Source: Stylophora pistillata (Eukaryota). Taken from it: a DNA stretch of 64,000 nucleotides. A program made the position numbers and the translations under genes. The notes beneath the pieces were generated by a model. It was not told where the DNA came from and made no database searches. It was given only the letters and a program-made list of their open reading frames with translations. Numbering within the stretch: the first letter of the stretch is position 1; each line of letters opens with the position of its first letter. The stretch spans positions 467,792 through 531,791 of the forward strand of contig NW_019217900.1 of NCBI RefSeq assembly GCF_002571385.2. Reading direction: 5' to 3'. Shown piece after piece: positions 62,127 through 64,000 of this stretch.

Positions 62127-64000
62127 GTGAGTTTTTCATAGATAAAACAGACAGTTAAACGTAAGATTGTTTGAATTTATATATACGAGAAAATATCAAG
62201 CGTAGTACCAAATTTTTGAGGTATTTTCGATAAGCTGTAGTGCTGATGACCGTGTAAAAGCTAGAACATCAGAACAGTTATGTAACTCTGGGCAAAACCT
62301 CATGGATTGGCGCTACCTTGCTAGGAGTTTTCCCATCAGATGAAGGATTTGTATTTAATAGGCGTAGTAAAATTTTCGTGGAAAATTCTGAAAGGTTAAA
62401 CTTTGCAGTTAAACGAAGCAAGCCCTTCATTTCGGCTCTGTAGGAGTTTTCACGAGTTTACAGGCCGCTACATATGTTGCAGTTAAGGATTACTCGCGGC
62501 TAAAATTTCTCAGTTTTGTCGTCGTCTTCAGCAATATTCGTAGCTTGCATGTAAGTGTGAAACGATCTAATTTATAGAAATTTCGTGCATTTCGTTTTTA
62601 AGCTGCAAAACACTTCCATGTTTTTACGTCGCTGTACAGCATCTGTTTATTTTCACTTCAATGACGTTGTCTTATGTTGTAGACTTTGCATAAATTTTTC
62701 ATGTCATCGGCAATTACAGTCCTCTTTGCCTGCACCGAACAGTATTATATCATTTCCTTCAAGATATCTATTCTTCTGGGTTTTAGCGTCGTTCTACGAT
62801 GTTATTTTGGTTTCCGATAAAAAAAATCGCTGAACGAAAGATGCTGCGTCATTCGATTTGTACTCCAACTTGTTCCGCATGACCTACTCGGAACCTCTTT
62901 GACAAACGACTGTTCCGGCAAAATCTCATAGCGTTTTTTAAACGTTCGTCGGCCCGTAGCTTTAAATAGAATGTAGCTAAGCGTTATAACTTGTGAAGAA
63001 AACTACTTCAACTTCTAAATAGCCTCTCTCACCATCCCCAATTTTCTTCCATTCGCTTCCACCCTCCCCTGTCCCCAAAAGCGTTAACTTCACAGCAGCT
63101 GCTGCAACGAATGGAGTCCAGCTAAATACTCCATCAAATATCAAAAAAGCTTTTCTCGGCTTGTAAATTAAGAGGAGTGAATTGTTATGTGCTTTCTTAC
63201 ACTTTTCATTTTTGCTGTAGTAATTCGTGTCCGACTTTCAGCTGGATAGGAAACCATTAGCTAAACAAAAACAAGCTGCCGAGTCGATTGATGTGTCTTA
63301 ATTTAGTAACCCTACCCTTTTTCTGTGGAAATTGTCGTATCGGTTAATTCGTAAAATAAGGAAGTGTTTAATGATACAAGAATAATATAACGTTACTGCA
63401 AGCGATCTCAGCTCCTTTCGCGGTCTTCTTTCGCGTGAGTCAGATGTTAGTGCCCGAACAGCACTGATTATTTATGGATCAAGCTTCGTGCAATTCAAGT
63501 TTGTGCAAGAACAGGCGACACAATACATTTCCTACCATTGAGTGAAAAAGAAAAACTTGTGACTTTCCTTGTGTGGGCAGAGTAAAAGACACATTTTTTC
63601 TTTATTAAACTCGAAATATATCGAACGAAATGTTTAGGATTCTCTCAGTGTAATCGCCCGCGAATTCGCCATAATTTCAGAAATTCTTTTAAAGTTCGTC
63701 GTCAGAGGTAAGCGTTCGACTACTGTTAAAAATCTATCAACTTCTCCTGGTGAGCAGAGCTAGAAGAAAGTTTTATGAAATTCTCTCATTAAACTCGGCT
63801 TTCTAAGAAAAATTCATCGAAATTCGACTGTTTTTAGCACAGGAACAGTTAGCCAAACCAGCCTCCGATAAACAACTTCTACTTTTCAGAATTGAACAGG
63901 TAGAAGAAATCACGGAAAGATCGACTTCTTCCTAACTGAGCTGACTCTGACAATCTTAAAGCTGAGTTTTGTTTTTCTTTCGAGTAATCCTCCTGTTTTA

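Overview
Eukaryotic, intron-containing DNA. The repeat complement and gene content suggest a scleractinian coral (inference; not verified). Left third (0.3-21.5 kb): three tandem minus-strand paralogs of a ~1,380-aa receptor-like protein (parallel beta-helix/Pmp-like repeats, Cys-rich hinge, multi-pass TM region). One copy has an open 4.1-kb exon; two are pseudogenes, one of them interrupted by a deleted ISL2EU-like transposon. Middle: a three-exon CMC2 gene and a two-exon orphan type I membrane gene. Right half (29.9-62.1 kb): a cluster of an uncharacterised single-pass membrane protein family (signal peptide, Cys-containing beta-rich ectodomain, TM helix, juxtamembrane poly-Cys tract, C-terminal PMQP motif), labelled here A-G. 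Three of its promoters keep paired TTCN3GAA (STAT/GAS-type) sites, two of them with an adjacent kB-like site. Member D appears to be a chimera made by duplication plus inversion, which moved a gene body onto a different first exon. The window also holds Penelope-type minimal hammerhead ribozyme motifs, LINE/SINE fragments and many MITEs. All exon models were assembled by hand from GT/AG sites, phase and paralog comparison; no database searches were run.
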